This document shows, one piece after another, positions 12,844 through 25,109 of a stretch of 64,000 nt of DNA; positions within the stretch are counted from its first letter, which is position 1; each line of letters begins with the position of its first letter. The DNA is from Balanoglossus misakiensis (taxonomy: Eukaryota; Animalia; Hemichordata): contig CM082581.2 in NCBI GenBank assembly GCA_040954595.2, positions 14,568,998-14,632,997 of the forward strand, in the 5' to 3' direction. A program made the position numbers and the translations under genes. The notes under the pieces were generated by a model, which made no database searches, was not told where the DNA came from, and was given only the letters and a program-made list of their open reading frames with translations.

Positions 12844-13090
12844 CTGGTGATCTGAGAAACTGTCGGCACTATCAGTGCTGCCATTTGACCTGCGTTTGTT
12901 GAACTGCTCTTCCAGAGTTCCTGTGGGGGCACTGCGGTAGTTCTGTCTTGTTGAAATTTTGGGTTGATATTTCTTCATGTCAGCTGTGGCTGTGTTTGAC
13001 CTGACTAGACCATCTCCTTCCACTTGCTCCATCATCTTCAATTCAACCAGCACATCTTGGATTTTCCTGTACCAATCCTCCATGTCTGCC
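12844..13090 (-). CDS. PH/tandem-PDZ adaptor gene, coding exon 3 (PH C-terminal helix; may extend to 12732)
   Basis: aaaatag|G GCA GAC ATG..., giving (R)ADMEDWYRKIQDVL, the PH terminal helix with conserved Trp. Donor is CAG|gtacaa at 12844 or G|gtgaaa at 12732. Confidence 0.75.
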
Positions 13091-13379
13091 CTATTTTCCG
13101 TTGAAAAGAAAAGCCAAACATCGCTTCAGTATAATGTAGTTTTCACAAATTTCTTTTTCCTGTTCCTTTCATTCCAACTTATCTGTTTACTCCATTGTGA
13201 CAACAAATTTATATGAAATGTCATTTCCATGAGAACAGCCAATCAGATACATGTATCACATTAAAATTAGTTGAACTGCAGCTGTCGTCGTGACAGCAGC
13301 CAATCGGATGACCTATTACATGTACTCTGTAACTGCCTTGACAGCAGCCAATCAGAAGAAACATTGTTCATAACCTCAC

Positions 13380-13639
13380 CTGGAGTCAGCCAGGAGGTAG
13401 TACAGTCTTTTGCTGTGTGGTTTTTTGGGAGAGCTCGACACTGTGATGCAAATGACATTTTCGTAACGATGTTTCTGAACTTCAACTTCTGGCTTTCCTT
13501 CGATGGCTTCACATTTACTCAGTTCGATAATTCCATTGGGTCGTTTCTTCTCTTTCTGGAATGTCTTCTGGTCTGCATAGTAAGCCAAAGTTGGGTTCTC
13601 TTGCACATTCCTGAACACAAACCATCTTTTCTTCCATGT
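13380..13639 (-). CDS. PH/tandem-PDZ adaptor gene, coding exon 2 (PH domain core)
   Basis: tttacag|ACA TGG...TCC AG|gtgagg, 260 nt. TWKKRWFVF...LAYY...PNGIIELSKC...RLYYLLADS is a classic PH domain. Confidence 0.93.
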
Positions 13640-14357
13640 CTGTAAATATGAAGTCAAAATTGACAAATATAGTGTATGTTTCATCAGCAAATTGCAGCAT
13701 TACCATTCAACTCTACGTCTACATGGGGTGTTATTTGCAAAAGACTGGGTTTACAGTAATCAACACATAATCATATATTTCAAGGCATGGAAAAACTCAT
13801 TCTATTTTTCTTAACTGTAATAAATTTTTGTCTGTTTTTCTGAAACAAATGACTCCCCACAAGTGTTGAAAAATGACACAAGTTCTTAGACTGTTACACA
13901 CAGGTACAGTTGTAAAACACACAAGCACAACATACCATCCCACCACCACCACCACGAAATTGCATGAAGCTTTTTCAGAACCCTACCACCAGGCATGCAT
14001 TGCGTCAGACTCAAACACCAGAAGAAATTGATAAAATACATGAAGGGAAAAGAATGTAAGAAGAAAGAAAACAAATAGAGGTTCTTGACAAGACAGTCAT
14101 ATGAATTTTAGTGGACTTGCACAGACACTTCAGCATTGTAGTAGAGAACAGATTTGCTGTCTGCAAACTACAAAGTCTTTATTACAGTATTTGTGTACAG
14201 AAATTTTAACAGTGATGCAACGTTTCACTGTGATTTTGTGGGGGGAAAAGTCTGCCCTGCTCGGCACAGCTCCTGGCATGAGAATTGTATTTGTGTTTCT
14301 GTACTTGCAGCGAAAGAAGAGCCAGACTTTAAGACTACACAAACAACCACCCTGGAT

Positions 14358-14434
14358 CACAGGTCACGCTGTAGTTGAGACCGCTTAGAAGTTAGAGGAG
14401 TATATAAGCGCTCTAAACTACAGCGCGACCTATG
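14358..14434. mobile_element. 77-bp palindromic MITE, hAT-like (8-bp target site duplication)
   Basis: ~30-bp imperfect terminal inverted repeats (cacaggtcacgctgtagttgagaccgctta / taagcgctctaaactacagcgcgacctatg), flanked by the direct repeat CCCTGGAT at 14350-14357 and 14435-14442. Confidence 0.75.
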
Positions 14435-17400
14435 CCCTGGATGGGAAGTACCTGAACAGATGTGCAAGGCATTATGGGTCTTCAAATACAATCTATGCAT
14501 TCCAGATCTTGTGTCTCTGACTGAGCAAATTTTTCTCTTCAAATGACTTCAGGAGGTTTGACCCATTGACCTCACAAAACTTTTCAGTCGTTTGTATGTC
14601 TAAGAAATGGCAGGGGGGAGTGGCTTCACGCAGTGCTAGACCCCCATTGTTCCGAAGCAGGAACTACCTGCCAAGACACTTTCCTGAACAATATACATGA
14701 CAGATATCAGTGTTGTTCTGTGCTCGTGCACGACACCATTACGAAGAAACTTGCTATAGGCTAGCACTAGACTGCTTCTAACAAAAAAATGAAGAGAATT
14801 TTTCTGCACATGAGTTTTTTTATAATAGCACATCGTTGTTTTTTCTATTTCCTGGTGTGAAATCAGGTTCTAAATATAGCACCACAACTGATAACCTTGC
14901 GCTGCCCTGGATTGGGGACAAGGCTGTACATTTGTGAAAACAAACAACGTTTCAGTTACCATATGTCTTTAGGGATACAGTTAAAATTTCAGAACCAGCT
15001 CCACCACAATTCCGTACACACCTTGGAGTTCACAGGGTTATTTTACATATTGAATTTTCCAACACAGTGACCCCTGTCTGTTTGTAGCCCCTGCAGAGCA
15101 CTGACCACCTCCCATAGCAACCTGATATGTGTATCACATGGAAGCTTGAAAATTGTACTTTAGAATCTCTCTCTACACAATGTACATTGTATTTGCACTG
15201 CAGTCTTAGTTCAGTGGACCCTGATTCCATTTTCAGCCAATCAGATAGCAACCACCATTTGACACATAACCATTCTCTGTAGCTCTGTCTGTATCTGTTT
15301 AAATCTAATTCACAGTGTGATTAAATCTGCAGACTCATCACGACTCAAGCCGACCCTATTTCAAAAATCTATTTCCTTGTAGGTTTAAGATGATTATCGT
15401 GTCATGTTGATAAACTGCCACTCAGTGATATCTCTGATAACTACTGGTCTATGGACTGAGATAATTTACAGAGTTAAATATCACACACAAGGAAAACAGA
15501 TTTGTAGATGAAGTAATCAAGAACAAATACTTCATGATTACATACAATGTGGAAATGTGATTTAGCCAATCAGCTAATAAGTGGGGAAAGAGATAGATGC
15601 AAAATCAATACATGTATGATCAGCCCACTACATGTAAGGGGGAGTTGGACCATGATTTAGCCTAATACATATATTTAATCTACTCTGATTTTCTTTGCCT
15701 CTGCCTCTGCCATGCTAAGCTACTACTTTATGGGATTTTCACAAACTGTATGCCTACCTTGTTACAACATTGATTGACGAACAGTTGTGTTTTTTTAGAA
15801 AGGAATGAAACAGTAGTGTTTGTCATATAAATCTATCAATCAATTGACTGATTATTTCATTGATATGATATTTTCATACATTTAACAACTAAACAGCTAT
15901 CAAGATCTGGTTTAATTACCTGGTAATTCACAAAGGGTATACTTTACTTCCCCAAACTATTCACACTTTTCAATGAACATTTAAATCTTCTTCACCCTCT
16001 AAGTACTAAGATTAATTTAATGCATACACTTCTCTTGCTGCCAGCCTACATTTTCTTGAAATGGGAACTGAATTACATCAACCCATTATACTAGACATGG
16101 GATTTCAGAGAAGCATTTTTTTAAAGTCAAAGTTTCTCTTCCCGAATTCGTTACAAGTTGAAAAAAGAAAGTATTCACATCATGACACAAAGTGGGAGTA
16201 TTTCTGCTCTCTTCCCAATTTCTTTCAAACATAAACACGACACAGATTTCGACGTTCACTTCACTTGTCAGATTTTCATAGAATTTTCCAGAAAGTTAAA
16301 AGAGAAGTGTGGTCTTAGAGTCCATTTTGAACAGTTGTCCTGGTCTCCAATGTCTGCTATGAACAGTCACTTATCTCTGTATTGCAATTGAGTAATTTGC
16401 ATAAATGTTTGCCACTTGTCAAATTTGAGCTTCCTTTAAAATGGAAGTATTAAACATTCATGATATTATGCGATCAAGTAATGACGTTCTTCAAATATTA
16501 CTTGGTTTCAACATGTTTTTTTTTAGTTTATTGAGATAACCGCACATACAGGTACATGTTAACAACAGTACAGGACATTTTGGTTTTGACAGATTTACTA
16601 CACGTTAAACAGTTAGTACTTCAATAACTTCTCATAAAGCTGTCCTGCAGACTTCACACAAAATTTGTAATTTTAGAAACTGATTTCCTTCTTCACTTCA
16701 CAGTATTTAAAGTGATATTTAAAGTTGCCGATCAGCTGAGTCACTTACACCAAAGGAGATTATCAAATTACAAAATTTCATTTGAGATGAATATCAAACT
16801 TTCTTCGGAGAAATAACATGAGAAGCACCAATATGTGTCTGATATTGTTATTTCCCTATGGATATCTCGTACACCAATATTAAGCCTTACAACACTCAAT
16901 AGTCATTGGCAGCATACATGTAGTTAAAGCCTGGACACAATGTAGTCTTGCCTGGTCACAATTGCCAATACCACCCCCTCACACACACAAAATGACATTG
17001 TTTGTTCAACAAGAAAACACTAATGTGTTTATAGGTTGAAGTGTTCAAATTTTACCTCTTGTTTGCCATATCACTACTGTGTCCTTACACAACAAAGTAA
17101 TCCCAATTATGAAGTATACAAAAAGAAACAGACTTATAGGCAAACATGACTGGAATTTACATACAATTTTCAAAATTCTCTCAGCATAGATACTTTATGT
17201 GGGTTATAAAAAAGTCTGATCTAACCCAATTGACAAAAGCTTGTTTATACATATTCGATCACGAACAATGACTCACAAGGAGGAACTATGACATAATCCA
17301 TCAACAGGTAGTGCTGGTTTCATGCTTGGATTGTTGCAGTGAATACAATGTTCATGGCAGTATTAAAAGGAGGAAGTAAAGTGAAGTGAATACATTGTGT

Positions 17401-18471
17401 GAGCGGGAAGAAATTGGCAACATGCCGGTCTGCTGACATCAGCACTAATTCAAACATTTTGTGTTCTTTTGCCATAAAAAAGTAGTCTCTATGCAACATA
17501 CGAGAGGATCTGAATGTTTTGAACATGAAAAGCCAAGACCATTCACAGGGGCTCTCTGACTGGTTTGAAGTCTTTAGTGCACAATACTTTATGTTGAACC
17601 AAATCATATGACATTTTGACAAAAATCTTTTTGAATGTACTGCTAAATAATGATCACATGTGCAGCCATTAATCAGCTTAATTAGCCTTTCAATTAAGAT
17701 TTTGCACATTTTCTCTGGTCTCCTCAAGTTTGTGAGAATGTTATAGGATAACTGTTCACAGAATCGATGTATCAAAGGCCACTAATTGCAAAGCAAATTT
17801 ATGGCAGGGTCCTTTAACAGTGGTAATATACGAGCAAAAGGTCATGACCCCAATTAAAATCATAAAACGTATCCCATTCATGAGTCACATCTTAAAAAGT
17901 TATGAACAGATTTCATCACTGATTCATTCCATTCTTATTTGACCATTTACGCCTGCGAGGATCACACAGGGTCACGTAGCATAATGTCATCGGAAAGTCC
18001 CACAGTTTTTTTTTGTTTCCCAAACAATAGACAGCTCCAGTGGTCCTTGCCAACTAGGCAACGGATTCTTTCAATTTTACTGCAGCACTTCTGTCTGCCT
18101 CCAAGGTTTTGGAATCAATGAAGTTCCTTCCCCCAAGTACTATCAACAGTTTTATGTTGCTGTGTTGCATTTTTACAAGAAGTTTCAACTGAATTCACAT
18201 CAATTTTAAGAAATTCTATCCACTGGAATAGAAATATCATGTTTCGGTATTCCTTTAAAAATAATTTCCATCGCACCTTCTCATCACAGACTTCCAGATA
18301 CTGTTGATTCAATTTCTACTCAACTTTCATCTCCTCTGCTATCATTTCATAAAATCAATTAAAAAAACTTCAAGTGGGGGTGATTATTGCAAACTTAGTC
18401 ACATCCAAAACAGTTTGACCAGCTGGAATCAAGTACAGCGTATTAAAGTCTGTCTTGTGATGATAAAATTA

Positions 18472-19036
18472 AGCAATAAAACACCCCCAGCCATGGTATA
18501 CCACGAGACCAGTTCACGACATATACGCATGAGCGATAGCGAGTGCGTATATGGAGTTGAACTGGTCAAAATCGAGTGGTATACCATGGCTGGGGTGTTT
18601 TATTGCTATTATATTATATCAACAATTGTTTTTGTGGCATATTAGTGTCATTTTCTTACCGAAACGGCGTCAGAAAGAGAAATTACGATCGTGAACCAAC
18701 ATGGCGATGATGAATGTAAACACGCGCGGCCGGGATCCAGCATTAAACATGAAGCAGACGACAAAAAGTGACAAGACAGGCATTGCGCGTGGCAAAGTGA
18801 CAAATATTTCCACAGAGCAGTTCCCAAATAAAACGTCCGTTAATTCAACAGTATTTTTGTTTTATTTATTTGGTTTAAACACGCGCGACTGTGGTTTAAC
18901 CGCACATTTTTGCTGCCGTATGCTAGTTCAGGGGCCCGTTTTAGCACTGCCATCAGTGCATTATGAGTATTTTAGCATCGCTGGATTGAGCTCTCGTCCA
19001 ATCAGAATTGTGGACGTTAGCATGATATAATATAAT
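18472..19036. mobile_element. Non-autonomous element with a terminal ~135-bp hairpin and 13-bp inverted repeats
   Basis: 18472-18607 is a near-perfect palindrome (gcaataaaacacccccagccatggtataccac...gtggtataccatggctggggtgttttattgc). attatattatatc (18608-18620) is the inverse of gatataatataat (19024-19036). The interior is CpG-richer than the host intron. Confidence 0.65.
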
Positions 19037-20921
19037 ATATTTTATGGCCATTTTCTTGAAAGTGTCTGTCTTAACCACTGACACTTCCCAGACATTGTGT
19101 CATCAGATACTCTACTTATTACATTGCACTGCCAGTTGAGATGAATCGTTTTTTAATATTTAGAACAATACAGCCACTGAGACTGACGTCACAATCAGAC
19201 TTTAGTCTGATCCCATTTTTTTTCTAATCACAAAGGTGAAGTTTGAACCCTTGCACAGGGAAGCAAGCACGAAGACATCTGGCAGTCAGCCAAGCACTAC
19301 TCAATTCTAATGATTACATGTATTATAAATTTGAAAAACAAGGTCCTGCAAAACTTTTGGTTTAATGAATTTACTTGTCACAGAACCCAAACCATCATGC
19401 TTGAAAGTTTCCACGTAAGTGTATATGACAAACCTAAGCAAAGTGGTACAGTATAGTAAAGTGCAGTATAGCACAGTACAATACAGTATTTCTAGTGGGG
19501 GCTAGCCACATTTGGGGACTTGGCAATGACATGCAGTGCCGGATGTGACCTCTGACCTTGCATCCCTTCATAACCTGGCAACCTCTGACTGACAACCAGG
19601 TCCAGGTTCCATGCATCATTTATTATGCCGGTAATGTGATGCTCTACCAAAATCCATTTCCTTTTTCCTCTTTATGAAGACTTTTTTTTTATCAGAACTT
19701 TAATCAGCCCTCAATGTCAGACAAATCCAAAGCACCTGATGGAATATTTTCAATTCCCATCATTTCTGGCAACATCACAGAGACAGAGTAAGGATGAGTA
19801 TTTATCGTAGACTGAGCTTTCTGAGTTGAGCAGATAGATTTTTTAACTTGGTGATGTTAGTAGCAAGTTATGACAATGTGTTAGAATGAAAAGAGCAACA
19901 AAAGCTTAATCAAGACAGCAAATGTACATTTTACCCATTTTTAACTTCTTCACTCATAATATTTTCTTTTTTTGAGCGTTTTTGTTTCTAGTCTACAAAA
20001 ACTGGAGATTGTCTCACCTTAGCATCAGTATTCTTGTTCTTTAATTATATTATTGAGTGAAGAAAGACAAAAAGGCAGTGTTATCTTACACACCATAAAA
20101 AACTGATGAAACTGGATATTTTATATTTTACTCCAAATGCAAGCTGGTATAACTGCTGATGTTCAAACGATATCAATTACACACTGTCCAGTCGTCACTT
20201 TCGCTGTTCTATTTTTGTAACTGCATCTGTATTTATACAATGATGAGACCAAAATATCTGCATGGTGTCCGTGATTCGCATACGTTATTATCACTGCACC
20301 ATTATGTACACCAGTGGAGTCTAACTTCAGCTACTCTGTCCAAGCCTACACACCCAATGGGGTATATGTTTCCTTTGAATTTAAATTTACTTGGAAAATA
20401 TAAAAATTTAATATTTTCCTGCCTGTATTTGTTTTCAAAACTTATACTGATGACGAATATAGTGATTTTGGAAATATCAAGGATACATTTCCAAGATATC
20501 GGGATATTACATACATGTTTCCTGTACATATAATACATATGTGGTTTTAGTTCACACTGGGTGATTAAAATGAACTACATTGGTGTGAAGTTGGAAGGGT
20601 CCATCAGATGACTTGTCAACCAGCACCAAGTCACCATGCAGTTCAAGTTCTTTCAGATACAGTTAGTAATTCCCCATAAGATTTATTGGAAATAATTTAG
20701 ATTAGACAATGTTGCCCAATTAATTAATTGAGAAAGATGTGGATATCCCACAATGCAATGCAAACAGGTCTGATTCACCAGTATTGCAGATCATGAAACT
20801 TGAACCAAGACAGTATGTAATTTTTGTCTTCTCTGGATTGAGATTATCACATTTTTGACAATCAAAACAGTGCTAGGTCATCGTCTGCCACACTGCAAAC
20901 TTTCTCACAAAGCTTGCTTAC

Positions 20922-21020
20922 CATAAATGATGACTTTGGGCCTTTATGTTTGTCCAAATCTGGGGACTTGGTCAGATACCCTTGTTTGATGTCCATAGTG
21001 TGTCTGCCAATGGTTGCCAT
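20922..21020 (-). CDS. PH/tandem-PDZ adaptor gene, coding exon 1 (exon begins at 21034)
   Basis: catcag|gtggtcaagttaccATGG (good Kozak context)...ATG|gtaagc. MATIGRHTMDIKQGYLTKSPDLDKHKGPKSSFM; KQGYLTKSP joined to TWKKRWFVF gives the Gab/DOS/PLEKHS1-type PH start (GxLxKSP...WKxRWFVL). Confidence 0.88.
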
Positions 21021-22237
21021 GGTAACTTGACCACCTGATGAAAAAATATAAAAGTGGGGAAATTCAGTAAGGTCCAATAAAAATTGTTGAAAGCACAAGT
21101 ATAATCCAGAAAGACCAGACCAATCACATTTTTTCACTTGAGCCCACATGAAAAGTGATCCACTGCATAGTAATAAGGAACCAAATACGGACATATGCAA
21201 ATTATGAATGACCTAAACCTTTATCCACTGTGTTAAAAACATATGAAAACGTTGCATGTCAACCAAATAATTCTGTATCCCGGCCCTGCTGTTTTCCAGT
21301 CTAAACTTTGGTCAATGTAGGAAGTAATGATATGTTTTTGCAATATCAACATTCTTTGTATCTATGATCAATTCTACCAAAGGCAAATTTGTCCATTCAT
21401 ACAGAAAGTTACATCAACAGAACTTTTGAAAGTTTTGTGTAAAACAAGTAGTGAACTATAAAGATATGCACTTTGAACACAGTGGACAAGTTTTATACAA
21501 GTGATCAACTTCTCATTTTGATTCTCAACTTCCAGTTTTTTTAATCACTGTATAAATCTTCACTCTAATTGCGGAAATATCAACTTGCTAGAAGCAACCT
21601 ATCACAAAAGAGGAAGTGAATTGTACAGTTGTCAGAACAGAGGTTGTGAATGTGCAACGGTTACATTGGAGTAAATGATGCATGGTGATTTTAAAGCTTC
21701 ACAAATGTGCTTTGTACAGGGGAACAGGAGGCATTCACTTCAACCACAACTAAATTTATCGTCTGCAGAAAATATGATTAAAAAAAATCTATACCTCAGG
21801 TTTTTCTATAAAAGGGCCCTCAAACTTTTCTAAAAACTTTAATTGTCAAAATTGTATCAAAGTCACAGTAACTTCAAATGCTCGCACTCATCCTTGAACG
21901 ATGGATGGGGCAGCGGTATATTACGGTTTGTTTTAGGACAATATTTTATGACTAGGTAAAAGATGATGTCTTAAATTAAAATTAAAGTAATAACGCGATG
22001 TAAAGTAACAATTTCCTAGTCAATCATTGTAAGTTGTAGTGTTAATACCGTCCGCGTCGGCCCATACCGACGTATCTATAACTTACACGCTGCGCGCTGA
22101 TACAGTCAATTGGGCCCCAGATGTCATGCAAAGCCTTGGACATACGCGATTACACATCTGCACATCCAGACGTGGAGACACACCCAACTTAAGCGTATTT
22201 TCGGTGATGGCCAGAATTTAGAAAGATCTGGTCTTAC

Positions 22238-22700
22238 CTGGTAGCGTTCACGGTCCGCGGTGCCGGTGCAGTGAGAACCGAGAGATAGTTGTACTAAAAA
22301 CTTCCCAAACAGCACCGCTAAATTGGTCTAATAAAGTGCACACTCGTCTCCTGATCTGAAGAACTTTCACTGAAAGTGATGGCTACAGCTAGTCCGCTTG
22401 ACGGACAAATCCAAAACCTGGCGCTATAAAATGATCAGCAAATGCAATCGCAGATTAGATCAGTACGGTGGCAACTGTCAGTGCAATACCAACCAGTCTG
22501 CCTACGCGTCTCTCTAGCTGGACATACGATGCCTTTGACGACTGAACAACAACTGACGAAACGGGGAAGTTGCCTCTATTTTTACCCAAACATTGGACGT
22601 TTTGTAAGCCGCGGTCCTTCGAAGGGGCTTTCCCCAAAATTTGCGTATGAAACATGGCCCGCACTACTCCAATAACAGGGTGGTTTGGGCCACGGAAGTA
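22238..22700 (-). promoter_or_regulatory. Probable 5' non-coding exon and promoter of the PH/PDZ gene
   Basis: Strong donor CAG|gtaaga at 22238/22237 within a locally CpG-enriched segment; the transcription start cannot be located exactly. Confidence 0.55.
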
Positions 22701-24599
22701 GCACTGTATTTCACATCATAAATATGATATTTCATATCATAAATGGTAAACATCATTCATACATTTCATGTTTTTGTGGTGAGCATTTTTGTGTAGGATG
22801 TTGAAATTTTGAGTTTTGAGAAAAGGGAGACATTCAAATTATTTAGAATATTTGTGTCACGGGCTCACAGAGACTTGTATGGATCGATTGGCCCCATAAA
22901 AAAAAGTTCAGTTGAGAGAGGGAAGTAGTTCTTCACGCCGACTATCAACTATTTTGGTTATCGGTTTTACGAACAATAGCCACTTGTACCCCTGAACTGT
23001 GACGCAGAATGCACGTAGCACAAGGGAACGTCTCAAGTTGACAAAGTTGGAGGGAAATATCATTTGTACAGGCAATTTGTAAATACTAGTATCCAGGAGG
23101 TTAGCCCATTTCAGTCGATGAAATGAACACCCGGAAATGAACCTTCTTTGTTTCTTTTTATGAAACGAAAAATCAAATTTGTTGTCAAGTAGTTTTGGCT
23201 GTTCGTTTATTGTGTCATTACATCAACACCCTTTTAATATTATGACATTCGTTTCTGGATTCAGGCCATCAAGTCCGAATCACAGTTTCCATCCGTCCAC
23301 AGTAATTAGGCCTACGCAGGCCTATACATGTACTTCTTCCGCAGGATCTATGATAGCGATGACATTTTTATACAATCGCATCTCCATAATCAATGTGTCC
23401 CTGGTCGATTATAGGTATACACGTACGATTAAAAGCAATTCAAATAGCAATCTTGCAACCATTTAGGCATTTGCGTGGATTTTTATGAATAGTGTCACTA
23501 ACCACCACTGTACAAACTCCAATTTTATTTTTCAAACTTTCAAAACAAAAAGAGGAACCCGCAAATCTATGACATTTATTTAACATGAGCATTTAATGTT
23601 TTTTCGACTAATTTGAAAAAGTTTCAAACTGTAGAGATAAGGGCTTTATATGAGTATGCCAATATCAAAAACTCAACACAAATCTTATGATGATCACTTG
23701 AATCATAAAATGTGTTGTGTTCTGTACTCTAGCTGTCGGGTACTACAGTAGTATCCGGGAGAGAGATTCGAACATTACTTTTTCAAGCGCTGCGGTAAGA
23801 AAACTGAGACTATCCCTAATAAGCGGCCGGGCCCAGCGTGTTGTCGCTAACTGAACACGTGATCAGTAATGACGAACGGTCGTAAATAAGCTTTAGGTTT
23901 TTCCCAACTCGCACATACAGTTCTCAACTTTGTGCCGGTGCCAAAGTGAGCCCGTTGCGCAGGGTAGGCGCGATAAACAGACAGATCTGTTGTGATTCGG
24001 CCTGGAAAAGTTCGCTATTAAAGCTGTATAGGCCTACATGCAATTTGTGTCGCTGTGAAATACATGCCCGGGCTGTGCGTTCCCGTGTAACGTCGGGAAC
24101 TTGACACACAGAGCTGGTGTTTTGAGGGTTCAACATGTTCACATGCTGGTTGTTTAATCTGTATTGATTTCATCGACGGAAGTTGGTATTTTCGGCATTT
24201 AAAACCGGCACACAAGACTTAATAATACTTTAGGAATGAAATTATAATTAATTTCTTCTTTTGTTGCAAATGTATATCGGAGAGTGAAAGTTTGCAGTGG
24301 AGGAGCGTGATTTTATGTTCGGTCATTGGGTCTTCGCCGCAATGACTTGTGGTGGTAGTGAAATCTTCTGCAGAACGGTAAATGGCTTCGCTTCCGTTAT
24401 TTTGAGAAACAAAACTACTATAATTGAGGTGTTTTCGTCTGGTAAACGATTGCTAGGCAACAGAATCCCAAATCTCCCTAACGACCATGTTTGAAGCCAG
24501 GATATGATAGTCGAAAAAAGCCAGCTGGGAAACGTCTACTACTTTCTTTGATAAATATCGCTGGCTTAGACGATTTAAAGAAAAACATTTGATAAAATG

Positions 24600-25109
24600 A
24601 TGAGCTATAACCTATGAAAAATGTCAAGAAACGACAAAATGACCGAAATTCGCAAAGTCGGAAAACTGTCATTGTTTGAAAAAATCATGAGCTATACATG
24701 TAATAATTTGTGGGCTTCTGGCCGTTGGTGGCGTCCGATCCCGCTGCACAGGTGAGACGCAGGATCAAGTCGGAAAGCTCTTGCTGACCGTGGTGGTCAC
24801 GGACATTTTTTGGCTCTAAGAACCACGCTCTTCCTAATCGTGGTGGTCATGGACATTTTTTGGTCCTAAGAACCACGCTCTTCCTGACAAAAATGACCGA
24901 AATTCGCAATGTCGGAAAACTTTCATTTTTTGATAAAAATCATGAGCTATAACCCATGAAAAATGTCAAGAAACGACAAAATGACCGAAATTCGCAAAGT
25001 CGGAAAACTGTCATTGTTTGAAAAAATCATGAGCTATACATGTAATAATTTGTGGGCTTCTGGCCGTTGGTGGCGTCCGATCCCGCTGCACAGGTGAGAC
25101 GCAGGATCA
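24600..25109 (+). repeat. Direct duplication of ~168 bp (offset 342) enclosing a 2x50-bp tandem
   Basis: 24600-24767 is nearly identical to 24942-25109. gtggtggtca...aagaaccacgctcttcct recurs at 24790 and 24840. Confidence 0.9.

Noticed and set aside
13236-13355. Three cagccaatc (CCAAT-box-like) motifs
   Set aside because: They lie in a short internal intron as a small degenerate repeat, with no other promoter evidence.
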